IMG/VR virus record: IMGVR_UViG_3300032233_000325
Span: 1-33,212 of that record
Source of the DNA: a virus
Taxonomy: Duplodnaviria > Caudoviricetes
Reading direction: 5' to 3' (one strand)
DNA length: 33,212 nucleotides
The notes beneath the pieces were generated by a model. It searched no databases. It saw only the letters and a list, made by a program, of their open reading frames with translations, and was not told where the DNA came from. A program made the position numbers and the translations under genes. This document shows positions 24,025-33,212 of the stretch, in pieces (the first letter of the stretch is position 1; every line of letters starts with the position of its first letter).

Positions 24025-24447
24025 ATGGCTTTACCTAATTCTGGCGGTGGGTATCAGTTTACTGATGGCAACACCAATGAAATCATTATGGGCGTTCAAG
24101 CAGCGCCCAATACGGCAACTGCTACGGCCACTTTGACCGTTGCACAAACCACTGGTGGCATCTTGGTGGGCAATCCGTCTACCACAGCGGCAACTTACAC
24201 ATTGCCAACTGCTACTGCAATTGACGCTGTGTTTACCAACGCAAAAATCAACAGCACGTTTGAACTGACAGTTATCAACTTGGGCACTTCAACTGGCCTG
24301 ATTACGATGGCTGTGGGAACTGGCATTACTGCGGTTGGTAACTTGGTTGTTGCTATTACTGGCAGTGCAGCCGGTGTTGGTGGCGCGGGACAATTCTTGT
24401 TCCGCAAAACCGGCGATGCTGCTTACACTGTGTACCGGATAGCCTAA
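24025..24447 (+). CDS. Putative capsid decoration/minor head protein
   Basis: Thr/Ala/Gly-rich beta protein right after the coat gene, with a strong RBS and followed by a hairpin. Confidence 0.6.
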   Translation: MALPNSGGGYQFTDGNTNEIIMGVQAAPNTATATATLTVAQTTGGILVGNPSTTAATYTLPTATAIDAVFTNAKINSTFELTVINLGTSTGLITMAVGTGITAVGNLVVAITGSAAGVGGAGQFLFRKTGDAAYTVYRIA

Positions 24448-24453
24448 ACTTGG

Positions 24454-24476
24454 ATGGGGCTTCGGCCCCATTCTTT
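24454..24476 (+). terminator. Rho-independent terminator/attenuator
   Basis: ATGGGGC-TTCG-GCCCCAT followed by TCTTT. Confidence 0.75.
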
Positions 24477-24487
24477 AAGGAACAATC

Positions 24488-24904
24488 ATGGCAAATTCAC
24501 AAGCTGTCGGTGTTGCTTATAGCGATCCCGAATTTACTACCTGCTACGCCAGCCAAGAAATCGGCTACAGTGCAGCAGCCCAAGGTGCGGTAACGCAAGC
24601 CACCAGCAAATCCACAGGGGTGACGCTGAATACCAGTGCTGGCCGCATCACAATGAACAACGCAGCGTTGGCCGGAGCCACTGCCGTGTCGTTTGTTTTG
24701 ACCAATAGCTCGATCTCCATCAATGACACAATTATTGTGTGCGTTTCCAGTAACACTACTGGTAGCGCTGCTGGGGCTTACACCACTTACGTTTCGTATT
24801 TGGCTGCTGGTTCTGCATTGATTACGTTGCGAAACTTGACTGCTGCAACTTCGTACTCCGAAGCTGTCATCATTAACTTTTCCATCATCCACGGCGCAAG
24901 CTAA
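24488..24904 (+). CDS. Putative virion structural protein
   Basis: AAGGA RBS; GAVTQATSKSTGVTLN...beta-rich 138 aa. Confidence 0.7.
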   Translation: MANSQAVGVAYSDPEFTTCYASQEIGYSAAAQGAVTQATSKSTGVTLNTSAGRITMNNAALAGATAVSFVLTNSSISINDTIIVCVSSNTTGSAAGAYTTYVSYLAAGSALITLRNLTAATSYSEAVIINFSIIHGAS

Positions 24905-24907
24905 ATT

Positions 24908-24935
24908 AAATGGGGGCTAATTACCCCCATTTTTT
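24908..24935 (+). terminator. Rho-independent terminator
   Basis: AAATGGGGG-CTAATTA-CCCCCATTT followed by a T-run. Confidence 0.8.
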
Positions 24936-24940
24936 AAATC

Positions 24941-25129
24941 ATGGTTATTTATCTTTCTCATCCTGTCCACGGTCGCAAAGTAGCCACAATGGACCTTGAA
25001 GCCGATTTTGATGAAACAAATGGTTGGATGCGCTACAATCCAGACACGCCTTCAGACTCTGAAGAAGCGGCCAACACGTTAGTTGTGAAGCGCAAATACA
25101 CCCGCAAAGGTGAAACCGAAGGAGTCTGA
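24941..25129 (+). CDS. Hypothetical protein (62 aa)
   Basis: YLSHPVHGRKVA...DETNGW, with a basic C-terminal KRKYTRK. Confidence 0.7.
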   Translation: MVIYLSHPVHGRKVATMDLEADFDETNGWMRYNPDTPSDSEEAANTLVVKRKYTRKGETEGV

Positions 25130-25131
25130 GC

Positions 25132-25848
25132 ATGGCCACGTATACCGCTGGGGATCAAATTAACCGCGCTTTGCGCTTAATCGGTATGCTGGCCGAAGGT
25201 GAAACGCCTTCCTCCGAAACATCCAACGATTGCCTTGTTGCGCTAAATCAGATGATAGATTCGTGGAATACAGAACGTCTGTCTGTTTTTTCTACGCAAG
25301 ATCAAGTCTTTACATGGCCTGCTGGTTTTATTAACCGCACCCTTGGCCCAACAGGCGATTTTGTAGGCAACCGGCCTATTTTGCTGGATGATGCAACCTA
25401 CTACCGTGACGCAAGCACAAACGTTTCTTACGGCATAAAAATGATTAACCAGCAGCAATACGATGGTATTGCTGTGAAAACAGTAACGTCTACTTACCCG
25501 CAAGTGTTGTTTATCAACATGACATATCCAGACGTTGATATGTACATCTACCCCAAGCCCACGCGGGATTTGGAGTGGCATTTTGTCAGTGTTGAAGAAT
25601 TAACTCAGCCTGCTACGTTGAACACGGTACTAGCGTTCCCGCCAGGCTACCTGCGTGCGTTTACGTATTCGTTGGCAATGGAGATTGCGCCTGAGTTTGG
25701 TGTCGAGCCAAGCCCCCAAGTGCAACGCATCGCCATGACCAGCAAGCGCAACTTGAAGCGCATCAACAACCCTGACGATGTGATGTCGATGCCTTACGCC
25801 ATCGTGGCCACTCGCCAGCGTTTCAATATTTACGCTGGCAACTACTGA
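25132..25848 (+). CDS. Head-to-tail adaptor, P22 gp4-like
   Basis: TAGDQINRALRLIG...LNQMIDSW and C-terminal YSLAMEIAPEFG helical-bundle motifs; lies just before the gp10-like gene. Confidence 0.75.
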   Translation: MATYTAGDQINRALRLIGMLAEGETPSSETSNDCLVALNQMIDSWNTERLSVFSTQDQVFTWPAGFINRTLGPTGDFVGNRPILLDDATYYRDASTNVSYGIKMINQQQYDGIAVKTVTSTYPQVLFINMTYPDVDMYIYPKPTRDLEWHFVSVEELTQPATLNTVLAFPPGYLRAFTYSLAMEIAPEFGVEPSPQVQRIAMTSKRNLKRINNPDDVMSMPYAIVATRQRFNIYAGNY

Positions 25849-26093
25849 TGTTGATTGCGCTTGATTACGACAAAACTTACACCGCCGATCCGGCGTTGTG
25901 GGATGATTTTGTTCAATTAGCGCAAAATCGTGGGCACACAGTAAAAATTGTCACGATGCGTACACCAGTTGAAACAATTGTCAATGCCCCAATTGAAGTT
26001 GTTTACACTAGCCGAAAAGCAAAGTCGGCTGTAATCAACGCCGACATTTGGATTGATGACAGCCCACAATGGGTCTATCAGGATTCTTTATGA
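25848..26093 (+). CDS. Minimal HAD-superfamily hydrolase-like protein
   Basis: Motif I IALDYDKT, motif II IVTMR, motif III K, motif IV WIDDSP in 81 aa. Confidence 0.7.
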   Translation: MLIALDYDKTYTADPALWDDFVQLAQNRGHTVKIVTMRTPVETIVNAPIEVVYTSRKAKSAVINADIWIDDSPQWVYQDSL

Positions 26094-27607
26094 AAACGCA
26101 GATTCTTGGCTCTAGCTACGTTGCACGCAGCACCAATGCTGCGGATAACCGCATGGTCAATCTGTTTCCTGAGATCATTCCCGAGGGTGGCAAGGAAGCG
26201 GGTTTCTTAAACCGTGCCCCTGGCTTGCGGCTGGTGACCTCCGTAGGCGTTGGTCCTATTCGGGGCATGTTGCAGTCGGGTCAATGGTTGTACGTAGTAT
26301 CCAACAACCAACTGTACAAAGTCGATCAAAGCTACAACGCAACACTGCTTGGCACTGTGGGCAACACCGGCCCCGTGTCAATGGCGTTTAACGGCACTCA
26401 ATTGTTTATTGCGGCCAACGGTCCAAGTTATGTCTACAACTCAGTGACCAATGCCTTTGTCCAGAACAACACGTTCCCGCCAGCGCAGACCGTCACGTTT
26501 GTGGATGGATATTTCATTTTCAACGAAATCAACAGTCAAAAGTTTTGGGTGACTGATTCGTATGATGGCACCGTGCTAGATGGAGCCAGTGTGGCCAGCG
26601 CCGAAGGATCGCCCGATGGTCTGGTGGCCGTAATTGCTGACCACAATGAACTATGGCTATTTGGTGGTAACTCAGTTGAGGTTTGGTATGACGCCGGTCT
26701 ACCGCCCCCAGGCGTGCCATTCCAGCGCATCCAAGGGGCTTTTAACGAACTAGGATGTGCGGCGGCGTTCTCAATAGCCAAACTAGACAACAGCTTGTTC
26801 TGGCTGGGCGCTGACGCCCGTGGCCAAGGCATTGTTTACCGCGCCAATGGCTACACCGGCACCCGTGTATCTACGCACGCCGTAGAGTACGCCATTGCCC
26901 AATACGGCAACATCACAGACGCCATTGCTTATTCATATCAGCAAGAAGGTCACACCTTCTATGTGCTGACTTTCCCCTCGGCCAACGCCACATGGGTCTA
27001 CGATGCCTCAACCCAAGCATGGCACGAGCGTGCAAGCTGGGAGAACGACAACGCTATCCGTCACCGGTCTAACTGCCGCGCTGTGTTTAACAGCGAAGTG
27101 CTGGTAGGTGATTTTGCAGATGGCAAAATTTATGCGTTTGACTTGGATGTGTACTCGGACAATGACCACATCCAAAAGTGGATTCGCTCTTGGCGTGCGC
27201 TAGCCTCCGGCACAAACACGCTTAAACGCACTGCACAGCATTCATTGCAACTTGACTGTGAGGTCGGGTTTACCCTGCCTCCGGTCACAGAAGAACAATT
27301 TATTGTCACTGAAGACAGCGATGACATCATCACTGAGTCTTACGACTTTTTGATCACAGGTGTCCAAACAAGCGTTAATGGCACGCCCTTGGTACTGCTG
27401 CGCTGGTCAGACGATGGTGGCCATACATGGGGCAACTACCATTCTAAATCTATGGGCGCAATAGGTCAGACTGGCCAACGGGTAATCTGGCGGCGTCTAG
27501 GAATGACTATGAAGTTGCGCGACCGCGTGTACGAGGTTTCAGGCACCGATCCGGTCAAGATTGCTATCATGGGCGCTGAACTGTTTGTGACGCCTACCAA
27601 TGCTTAA
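26090..27607 (+). CDS. Tail hub / DNA stabilization protein, P22 gp10-like
   Basis: Start MKTQILG at 26090 (ATGA overlap). DGYFIF, AEGSPD, EVWY, ISTH-like VSTHAVE, EGHTFYVLTFP, WSDDGG and WRRLG motifs. Confidence 0.88.
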   Translation: MKTQILGSSYVARSTNAADNRMVNLFPEIIPEGGKEAGFLNRAPGLRLVTSVGVGPIRGMLQSGQWLYVVSNNQLYKVDQSYNATLLGTVGNTGPVSMAFNGTQLFIAANGPSYVYNSVTNAFVQNNTFPPAQTVTFVDGYFIFNEINSQKFWVTDSYDGTVLDGASVASAEGSPDGLVAVIADHNELWLFGGNSVEVWYDAGLPPPGVPFQRIQGAFNELGCAAAFSIAKLDNSLFWLGADARGQGIVYRANGYTGTRVSTHAVEYAIAQYGNITDAIAYSYQQEGHTFYVLTFPSANATWVYDASTQAWHERASWENDNAIRHRSNCRAVFNSEVLVGDFADGKIYAFDLDVYSDNDHIQKWIRSWRALASGTNTLKRTAQHSLQLDCEVGFTLPPVTEEQFIVTEDSDDIITESYDFLITGVQTSVNGTPLVLLRWSDDGGHTWGNYHSKSMGAIGQTGQRVIWRRLGMTMKLRDRVYEVSGTDPVKIAIMGAELFVTPTNA

Positions 27608-27965
27608 CGCAGATACCAATATCCCGTCAAACCGAGTACCGTTCTTTGATCAGGTAACGGGTTTGATTTCGCGGGAGTGGTATCGGTATTTCTTGGCCCT
27701 GCTTAACGCAAATGTTGATTACACGCCACAAAGTGACCCAGCCAATGTACCGTTGACTGCATCGCCGTTGGTTATTGGCAACGACACCCAAAGGCCGTTA
27801 GACGTTATGATCAGCGGTGGCGGTGTAATCAAGGTTGAATTCCAACGCGGGACTGGTACGAAATACAATACGGGTTCATACTATGGCATGTTTGGCTTGT
27901 CGCCCACTGACGCGCTGACTATCACGTACTCAGGTACGCCGATTGTTACGCTTATTCCAAGGTAA
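27600..27965 (+). CDS. Putative tail needle/plug-position protein
   Basis: IPSNRVP...SREWYRYF N-terminus, followed by a small beta domain; occupies the position of P22 gp26. Confidence 0.55.
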   Translation: MLNADTNIPSNRVPFFDQVTGLISREWYRYFLALLNANVDYTPQSDPANVPLTASPLVIGNDTQRPLDVMISGGGVIKVEFQRGTGTKYNTGSYYGMFGLSPTDALTITYSGTPIVTLIPR

Positions 27966-27969
27966 AATT

Positions 27970-28434
27970 ATGCGAGTGACTTACGGCAAAGGATTTGAAG
28001 TTGCGCCAGCAGTTTCTATGATTGATAAGGTAAAAGCCTTGCAAGTTGAAGTGTCAAAGCTGCCGCAATACGAACCTAAAACTAAACATTATTTTCATGG
28101 CGGCATGTACTGCCGCGAAGTGTTTCGTCATGCTGGCGTGTTGGTGGTAGGAAAAGTTCATAAAAAAGAACATTTTTATTTGATTGTGTCGGGCACCGTG
28201 TCCATTACCACTGACGATGGCGCAATTGAAGTATCAGGGCCGTATTTATTTGAAAGTAAACCAGGAACGAAACGCGCTGTGTATGCCCATATGGATACTA
28301 TTTGCATGACATTCCATCGCACCGATTCGCAAACTGTGGAGGACGCTGAAACCGAACTGGTTGAGGAAGAACCCAACAGCATGTATAGTCTCGGTAATAT
28401 TGTTAAAGACCAAACTTTGGAGGTGCTGCCATGA
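27970..28434 (+). CDS. Cupin-fold protein
   Basis: HYFHGGMYCRE...GKVHKKEHFYLIVSG...PGTKR...TFH is a cupin-like His pattern. Start taken at ATG 27970. Confidence 0.65.
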   Translation: MRVTYGKGFEVAPAVSMIDKVKALQVEVSKLPQYEPKTKHYFHGGMYCREVFRHAGVLVVGKVHKKEHFYLIVSGTVSITTDDGAIEVSGPYLFESKPGTKRAVYAHMDTICMTFHRTDSQTVEDAETELVEEEPNSMYSLGNIVKDQTLEVLP

Positions 28435-29183
28435 CATTCTGGGTAGCAGGCGCTACAGTCGCCAGTTCACTTATCGGCGCAAACGCATCTAGAAGCGCTG
28501 CGTCTGCACAATCGGCTGCGGCTGACCGTGCGGCTGCGCTTCAAAAGGAAATGTTTGACAGGCAAATGGAAGGCCAAGAACCATTTCGTCAAGCTGGACT
28601 AACAGGTCAAAACCGTTTATTGGAATTGCTAGGTCTCGGCGGTAATCCTAATGCGCCAGGTTACGGCAAATACAGCAGAGATTTTAGTATGTCTGATTTT
28701 CAGGAAGACCCTGGTTACCAGTTTCGATTAAGCCAAGGTACAAAAGCGTTGGAGCGCAGCGCTGCGGCTCGGGGTGGGCTAATCAGTGGGAACACGGGCG
28801 GCGCATTGCAAAACTATGGCCAAGGTTTGGCCTCGCAAGAATACGGTAATGCGTTTAACCGCTATCAGACAAACCGCGCAAATCAACTTCAACCGTTAGG
28901 CAGTTTGCTAGCGTCTGGTCAATCTGCGGCGGCTAACCAAGGATCGGCGGCAGGGCAATATGGCGTTAACGCTGGAAATGCGTACATGGCAGCAGGCAAC
29001 GCAATTGGCGCTGGTCAATTAGGCTCAGCAAACAGTTTGGCAGGTGGTATTCAAACTGGTGTAAGTTCGTATCAAAATCAAACAAACTTTAATGATTGGT
29101 TGCGCCGAAATACGCCACAGCCAAATTGGGGTGGAACATCACTTTCTAATTTCTATACCGGCACTGGCACAAGTGGGGACTAA
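28431..29183 (+). CDS. DNA ejection/pilot protein (P22 gp7-like)
   Basis: Hydrophobic Gly/Ala N-terminus, DPGYQFRL...SAAARGGLISG motif, Gly/Ala/Gln-rich; GGAGG RBS. Confidence 0.72.
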   Translation: MTFWVAGATVASSLIGANASRSAASAQSAAADRAAALQKEMFDRQMEGQEPFRQAGLTGQNRLLELLGLGGNPNAPGYGKYSRDFSMSDFQEDPGYQFRLSQGTKALERSAAARGGLISGNTGGALQNYGQGLASQEYGNAFNRYQTNRANQLQPLGSLLASGQSAAANQGSAAGQYGVNAGNAYMAAGNAIGAGQLGSANSLAGGIQTGVSSYQNQTNFNDWLRRNTPQPNWGGTSLSNFYTGTGTSGD

Positions 29184-29185
29184 TC

Positions 29186-30550
29186 ATGGCTAATCTAAAC
29201 GCACTTATTGCACAAGGCTATCAGTTTCAACCGCCTGTAAATCCGTTTGTTCAATACGGACAAATGCAACAGTTGGAGCAAGGCCAACAAACTAATGAAC
29301 TTAACCGCATGAAAATGCAAGAGTTTCAGCGTGGCATGGAAGAAACCAATGCTTTGCGCCGTCTTGATCCAGCATCTCCAACATATTTGCAAGACGTAAC
29401 TAGAATTAGCCCTGAAAAAGGTTTTGCTTTTGCTAAATCTCAACAAGAAGCTAAAACTGCGCGTACTGAAGGGCAAACTAAAGAAGTTAAGTTGTTAACG
29501 GATAAGTTGTCGTTGCTTCCTCAAGCCTATCAAATGGCCGATACTCCTGAAGCATATTTAGCTTTGCATCAATCTGTACACGCTGATCCAGTGCTTGGGC
29601 CTTGGCTTAAAAGCACGGGCGCAACACCAGAAAAAGGGCTTGCAACTTTGGAAAACGCTGTTCAAACAGGTAAGTTTGATGATTTGCGTTTGAAATCAAT
29701 GCAAAGCGTTAGCCAGTTGCTTGACAGCATGAAACCGTTAACAGTAGCGGCTAGTAGTTCTGTGTACAACCCAAGAGAAGGAACTTTTATTCAAGCACCG
29801 GCTACGCCTGACAAACCCAAAGTAACTGATCTTATGGCTAATTATCAAGCAGCCAAAGACCAAGGCTTTACTGGGTCTATATTTGATTACGAACGAAAAC
29901 TTAAAGAAGCAGGCCGCACACCAGCCCAAGCGCCTGCACCGACCATTACACAAATTGTTGATCCGACAAACCCCAATCAAATGATTACAGTCGATGCACG
30001 ACGTTATCAAGGCGGCGGCGTAGGATCGGCAGGCGTTCTTGGTGTAGGCGGTAAAGAGCCTGGCGCAGCGCTTCGTATGAATAAAGTTGAAGAAGGCAAA
30101 ACACAGCTTGCAAATGATTTAGAAAATCTGCGATCTTCGTTTACAGAACTTGACCGACTTCGCGCTATCCCTAGCACTGAACGTAATGTTGCTTCCAATT
30201 TGATGGCAGCCGCACAAGCGACAGGTGTTGGTCAGGCTTTGGGGCGTGCTGGCGGCACAAAAGAACAAGTTGAACGTGATGTTATTAACAGCGCTCGTCA
30301 ACGATTGGTAGCTTCAATTAAAAACGCTACCGGAATGTCGGCAAAGTCTTTGGATTCCAATATGGAATTGCAAACCATGTTGCGGTCTATTTCAGACCCT
30401 GGCCAATCGGTTGAAGCTGCGTTGCGTATCATTGGTGATATTGAGGACGCATACGTCAAAGGCAGTGGGCAATTGCCAAAAAGTGGCCGCGTTGCGCCTG
30501 CGGCACAAGGAACGGGTGGATTTAAATATCTCGGTAAAGAGGGCGGATAA
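29186..30550 (+). CDS. Putative DNA ejection (internal virion) protein
   Basis: 454-aa Gln/Ala-rich helical protein in the second ejection-gene position; assigned by synteny. Confidence 0.6.
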   Translation: MANLNALIAQGYQFQPPVNPFVQYGQMQQLEQGQQTNELNRMKMQEFQRGMEETNALRRLDPASPTYLQDVTRISPEKGFAFAKSQQEAKTARTEGQTKEVKLLTDKLSLLPQAYQMADTPEAYLALHQSVHADPVLGPWLKSTGATPEKGLATLENAVQTGKFDDLRLKSMQSVSQLLDSMKPLTVAASSSVYNPREGTFIQAPATPDKPKVTDLMANYQAAKDQGFTGSIFDYERKLKEAGRTPAQAPAPTITQIVDPTNPNQMITVDARRYQGGGVGSAGVLGVGGKEPGAALRMNKVEEGKTQLANDLENLRSSFTELDRLRAIPSTERNVASNLMAAAQATGVGQALGRAGGTKEQVERDVINSARQRLVASIKNATGMSAKSLDSNMELQTMLRSISDPGQSVEAALRIIGDIEDAYVKGSGQLPKSGRVAPAAQGTGGFKYLGKEGG

Positions 30551-32973
30551 TGGCTACCAAATACCGTGTCCAAGGCCCAGACGGCGCTGTTCATGTTTTT
30601 GAAGGGCCGGATAATGCAACGCCTGTTCAAATAGAAACGTTTGCAGCGCAAACTTTTGGCGCAGCACCAACCGGCACAGGTATGCCTGGCCCTCGCACGC
30701 CAGCCAAACCTAAATTGACTGGCGTTAGCGGCGTCATGGAAGACATAGGCGCGCCAATACAAGCTGCTGCGGAAGGCATTATTAAAGGTGGCGGTAACGT
30801 CATGTTTGGTGGCCAACGATTACTTGGTATGGGCTTAGAAAAGTTAGGCGCTACAGACACAGGGCGTGCTTTAATTGAAGACGCGTTGCGCCGCCAAGCG
30901 GAATCACAAGGCCGCGTTGCGCCGTTTAAACAAGAATACCCTACGGCTACCGGCGCTGGTGAACTTGGCGCAGAGGCCGTATTGACTGCGCCCTTGGGCG
31001 GTATGTTAGCTAAACCAGTTGCAATGCTTGGGCCAAAATTGGCCCCTGTTGCTAACGCTCTCAGATCGTCAGGGTTTAGCACCGGCATAGTAACCAAAGG
31101 AGCGCCCTTAACAACCCGTGCGGCTGATATTGGCGCTCGGGTAGTTGGTGGAGGTACAGTTGGCGGCGCTACCGCAGCGTTAACTAACCCAGATGAAATT
31201 AGCACCGGCGTTGAAATAGGCGCAGCGTTAAGCATGGCCCCGCCAGTTGTCAAAGGGTTGGCTAAAAGTGCAGGGTTTTTAACTGATGCTTTTAGCGGAA
31301 AACTGGCGCAAGTTGGCGCGGGTAAGATTAGCCGCGAAGTCGCAGGCGAACGTATTGGTGCCATTCGTGCCGCGCTTGCTGCTGCGCCAAGCGATGTAAC
31401 TGCCGCGCAAGCCGCATCTGGTGTTCAAAAAGATGCTTGGCAAGCATTAGGCGCAATGACTAGCAAAACAGACGAAATGTCTACTTTGCTGAAAAAACAA
31501 TTTGATGATGAATTAACAGTTTTGCAACGTGCGGCTGAAGGTGGTAATGCCACCGAAGCCCGTGCGGCATACGAACAATCAATTAAACGGTTGAATCAGT
31601 TAACCGCTGACATGCGTGATGTTGAATTGCAAGCCGCCAATCAAGCTGGGCAAACAATTAATCGTTTGGGTCCACAAGTAGGCCAACGTCAAGCCTCAAT
31701 GGTCAATGCTTTGCGTGAAGGAATGCCTGCAAATTTACCATCCGGTGCCGCTGGCACGCCAGTGCCTGGGGTATCTGGTGTTCATGCAGGTACAGAAGCA
31801 TTGCAACGCGCAAATGTTGCTGATGATGCTGCTAGACGGTTAATGGTTCAACGATCTCAAGGCGCTCGCGGCGTAATGTCAGAAGCACCATTTTCAGGTG
31901 CAAATGACAGGCGCATTGAAAGTGCTAATCGGTTTGTATCAGAACAATGGCAAGCGGCTTCTGATGAATTTGCCAATATTGCCAAACAACGCCGCGCCGA
32001 AGCTGGGTTTATTGAACGTCAAATTGGCAGCTTAGAAGCGCATGGCTTACGTCCTTTGGATGCAGGCTCAATTACTGGCGCTATTGACGCCAAATTAGCA
32101 CAGCCAGGTTTGCGTGCCAGTTCAAACGTTACAAAAGTGCTACAGACCATTAAAGATGATATTGCCAACTTGACTGAAAAAGGCGGCGGTGTTATTGACG
32201 CGCACGATTTGTACACCCTTCGCAAAGAGGGCATCAATGAACGCATCATGCAAATTTTGGGGCAAACAGACCCCAAGATAAGCGCCAAGGTAACGCGCAG
32301 CGTACTTCAAGAAGTTCGACCGCTTATCGATGACGCAATTGAAAAAGCAGGCGGTACAGGCTGGCGCAACTACTTAAAAACATATTCGCAAGGTATGCAA
32401 GCCATTGACCAAAAAGCAATGTCTGCTGAAGCTGCTCGGTTGTTTAAAGACGCGCCGCAAGACTATGTACGTTTGGTTCGGGGCAATAATCCTGATGCGG
32501 TAGAGGCTATTTTTGGGCCTGGCAGTTACGACATATTTAAAGAGATGGGTAGCAAAATGCCGACAATGGAAAAATTGGCTGCCAACATTGAGCGCAACGC
32601 GGCGATGAAAGAAGCAGCAACCGCAGGCACAGAAAAACTTGGTGAAATTGTTAAAGATAAATCAATTTCGGCACGTTTTCCTAGTCTTTTAAGCCGCACC
32701 ACTACAGCCGCCAATTTAACGCTAGACATATTAGAAAAACGATTAGACAAAAAAGTTTTTGCTGAACTGCAAAAAGGTATGATGTCGGGCAAAAGCGCAT
32801 TAGAAATGTTAAACACGCTGCCTACAGTAGAACGCAATAAAGCGCTTCGGGCTTTGACTAACCCGTCTTCGTGGGGTAAAGGCGGCGCTGTCGCAGCCCG
32901 TGCGGCGACTACGCAAGAACAACCAAATCAGTTAGCCCCTGAACAACAAAACCGCAACGCTCTTGCTAGATAA
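30550..32973 (+). CDS. Putative large DNA ejection (internal virion) protein
   Basis: 807-aa Ala/Gly-rich helical protein in the third ejection-gene position; TAATG overlap. Confidence 0.6.
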   Translation: MATKYRVQGPDGAVHVFEGPDNATPVQIETFAAQTFGAAPTGTGMPGPRTPAKPKLTGVSGVMEDIGAPIQAAAEGIIKGGGNVMFGGQRLLGMGLEKLGATDTGRALIEDALRRQAESQGRVAPFKQEYPTATGAGELGAEAVLTAPLGGMLAKPVAMLGPKLAPVANALRSSGFSTGIVTKGAPLTTRAADIGARVVGGGTVGGATAALTNPDEISTGVEIGAALSMAPPVVKGLAKSAGFLTDAFSGKLAQVGAGKISREVAGERIGAIRAALAAAPSDVTAAQAASGVQKDAWQALGAMTSKTDEMSTLLKKQFDDELTVLQRAAEGGNATEARAAYEQSIKRLNQLTADMRDVELQAANQAGQTINRLGPQVGQRQASMVNALREGMPANLPSGAAGTPVPGVSGVHAGTEALQRANVADDAARRLMVQRSQGARGVMSEAPFSGANDRRIESANRFVSEQWQAASDEFANIAKQRRAEAGFIERQIGSLEAHGLRPLDAGSITGAIDAKLAQPGLRASSNVTKVLQTIKDDIANLTEKGGGVIDAHDLYTLRKEGINERIMQILGQTDPKISAKVTRSVLQEVRPLIDDAIEKAGGTGWRNYLKTYSQGMQAIDQKAMSAEAARLFKDAPQDYVRLVRGNNPDAVEAIFGPGSYDIFKEMGSKMPTMEKLAANIERNAAMKEAATAGTEKLGEIVKDKSISARFPSLLSRTTTAANLTLDILEKRLDKKVFAELQKGMMSGKSALEMLNTLPTVERNKALRALTNPSSWGKGGAVAARAATTQEQPNQLAPEQQNRNALAR

Positions 32974-32987
32974 CTAGGAACACAATT

Positions 32988-33212
32988 ATGCCTACTACGC
33001 TTACCCCCAGCCCAATAATGCAGTTCTTCGATGCCAACGGTAACCCGTTGGTGGGCGGGAAACTGTACACCTACGCTGCTGGCACAACAACACCACAGGC
33101 CACGTACACCGACTACAACGGCGCTACGGCCAATACCAACCCTGTAATTTTCAACAGTCGCGGTGAGGCTGCTGTCTGGTGCGGCGCGAGTCGCTACTAC
33201 ATGGAACTTAAA
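32988..33212 (+). CDS. Tailspike/tail fibre N-terminal head-binding region (3' truncated)
   Basis: MPTTLTPSPIMQFFDANGNPLVGGKLYTYAAGTTTPQATYTD...NTNPVIFNSRGEAAVW, open to the window end; resembles P22-type tailspike N-termini. AGGA RBS. Confidence 0.75.
   Translation, partial: MPTTLTPSPIMQFFDANGNPLVGGKLYTYAAGTTTPQATYTDYNGATANTNPVIFNSRGEAAVWCGASRYYMELK

Noticed and set aside
13964-31364. Long antisense ORFs (13964-14587, 16101-16679, 17268-18071, 23203-23871, 30627-31364)
   Set aside because: They are shadow frames of well-supported plus-strand genes and show no recognisable motifs.
1-33212. Prophage, tRNA genes or alternative genetic code
   Set aside because: No host genes, integrase, att-like site or cloverleaf were recognised, and all core genes read through intact in the standard code. 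The window is incomplete, so lysogeny genes outside it cannot be excluded.

Overview
The window is most of the genome of a tailed dsDNA phage, probably a short-tailed podovirus with a P22-like virion module. Both ends are truncated: it starts inside an M15 peptidase (endolysin) gene and ends inside a tailspike-like gene. Layout: (1) a leftward operon (VRR-NUC, SNF2 helicase, small ORFs) diverging from (2) a rightward replication operon (Cas4-like/DUF2800 nuclease, putative SSB, family A DNA polymerase, primase-helicase); (3) a leftward cluster of about ten small, probably early genes including a short C5-methyltransferase-like gene; (4) a ~600 bp non-coding control region carrying an array of 9-bp TGTGGAC/GTCCACA (DnaA-box-like) repeats and a G-tract; (5) a long rightward late operon (TerS, TerL, basic mini-proteins, antisense HNH, GroES, portal, ferritin-like protein, S74 fibre, scaffold, coat, gp4/gp10-like tail proteins, ejection proteins). 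I saw no integrase, tRNA, CRISPR array or reverse transcriptase. The best candidate for an undescribed system is the ordered repeat array at 12143-12575. Other candidates are the back-to-back promoters sharing one palindromic -35 element, a structured leader upstream of the scaffold gene, and an 81-aa HAD gene within the tail operon. All family assignments come from recognising motifs by eye; no database search was run.
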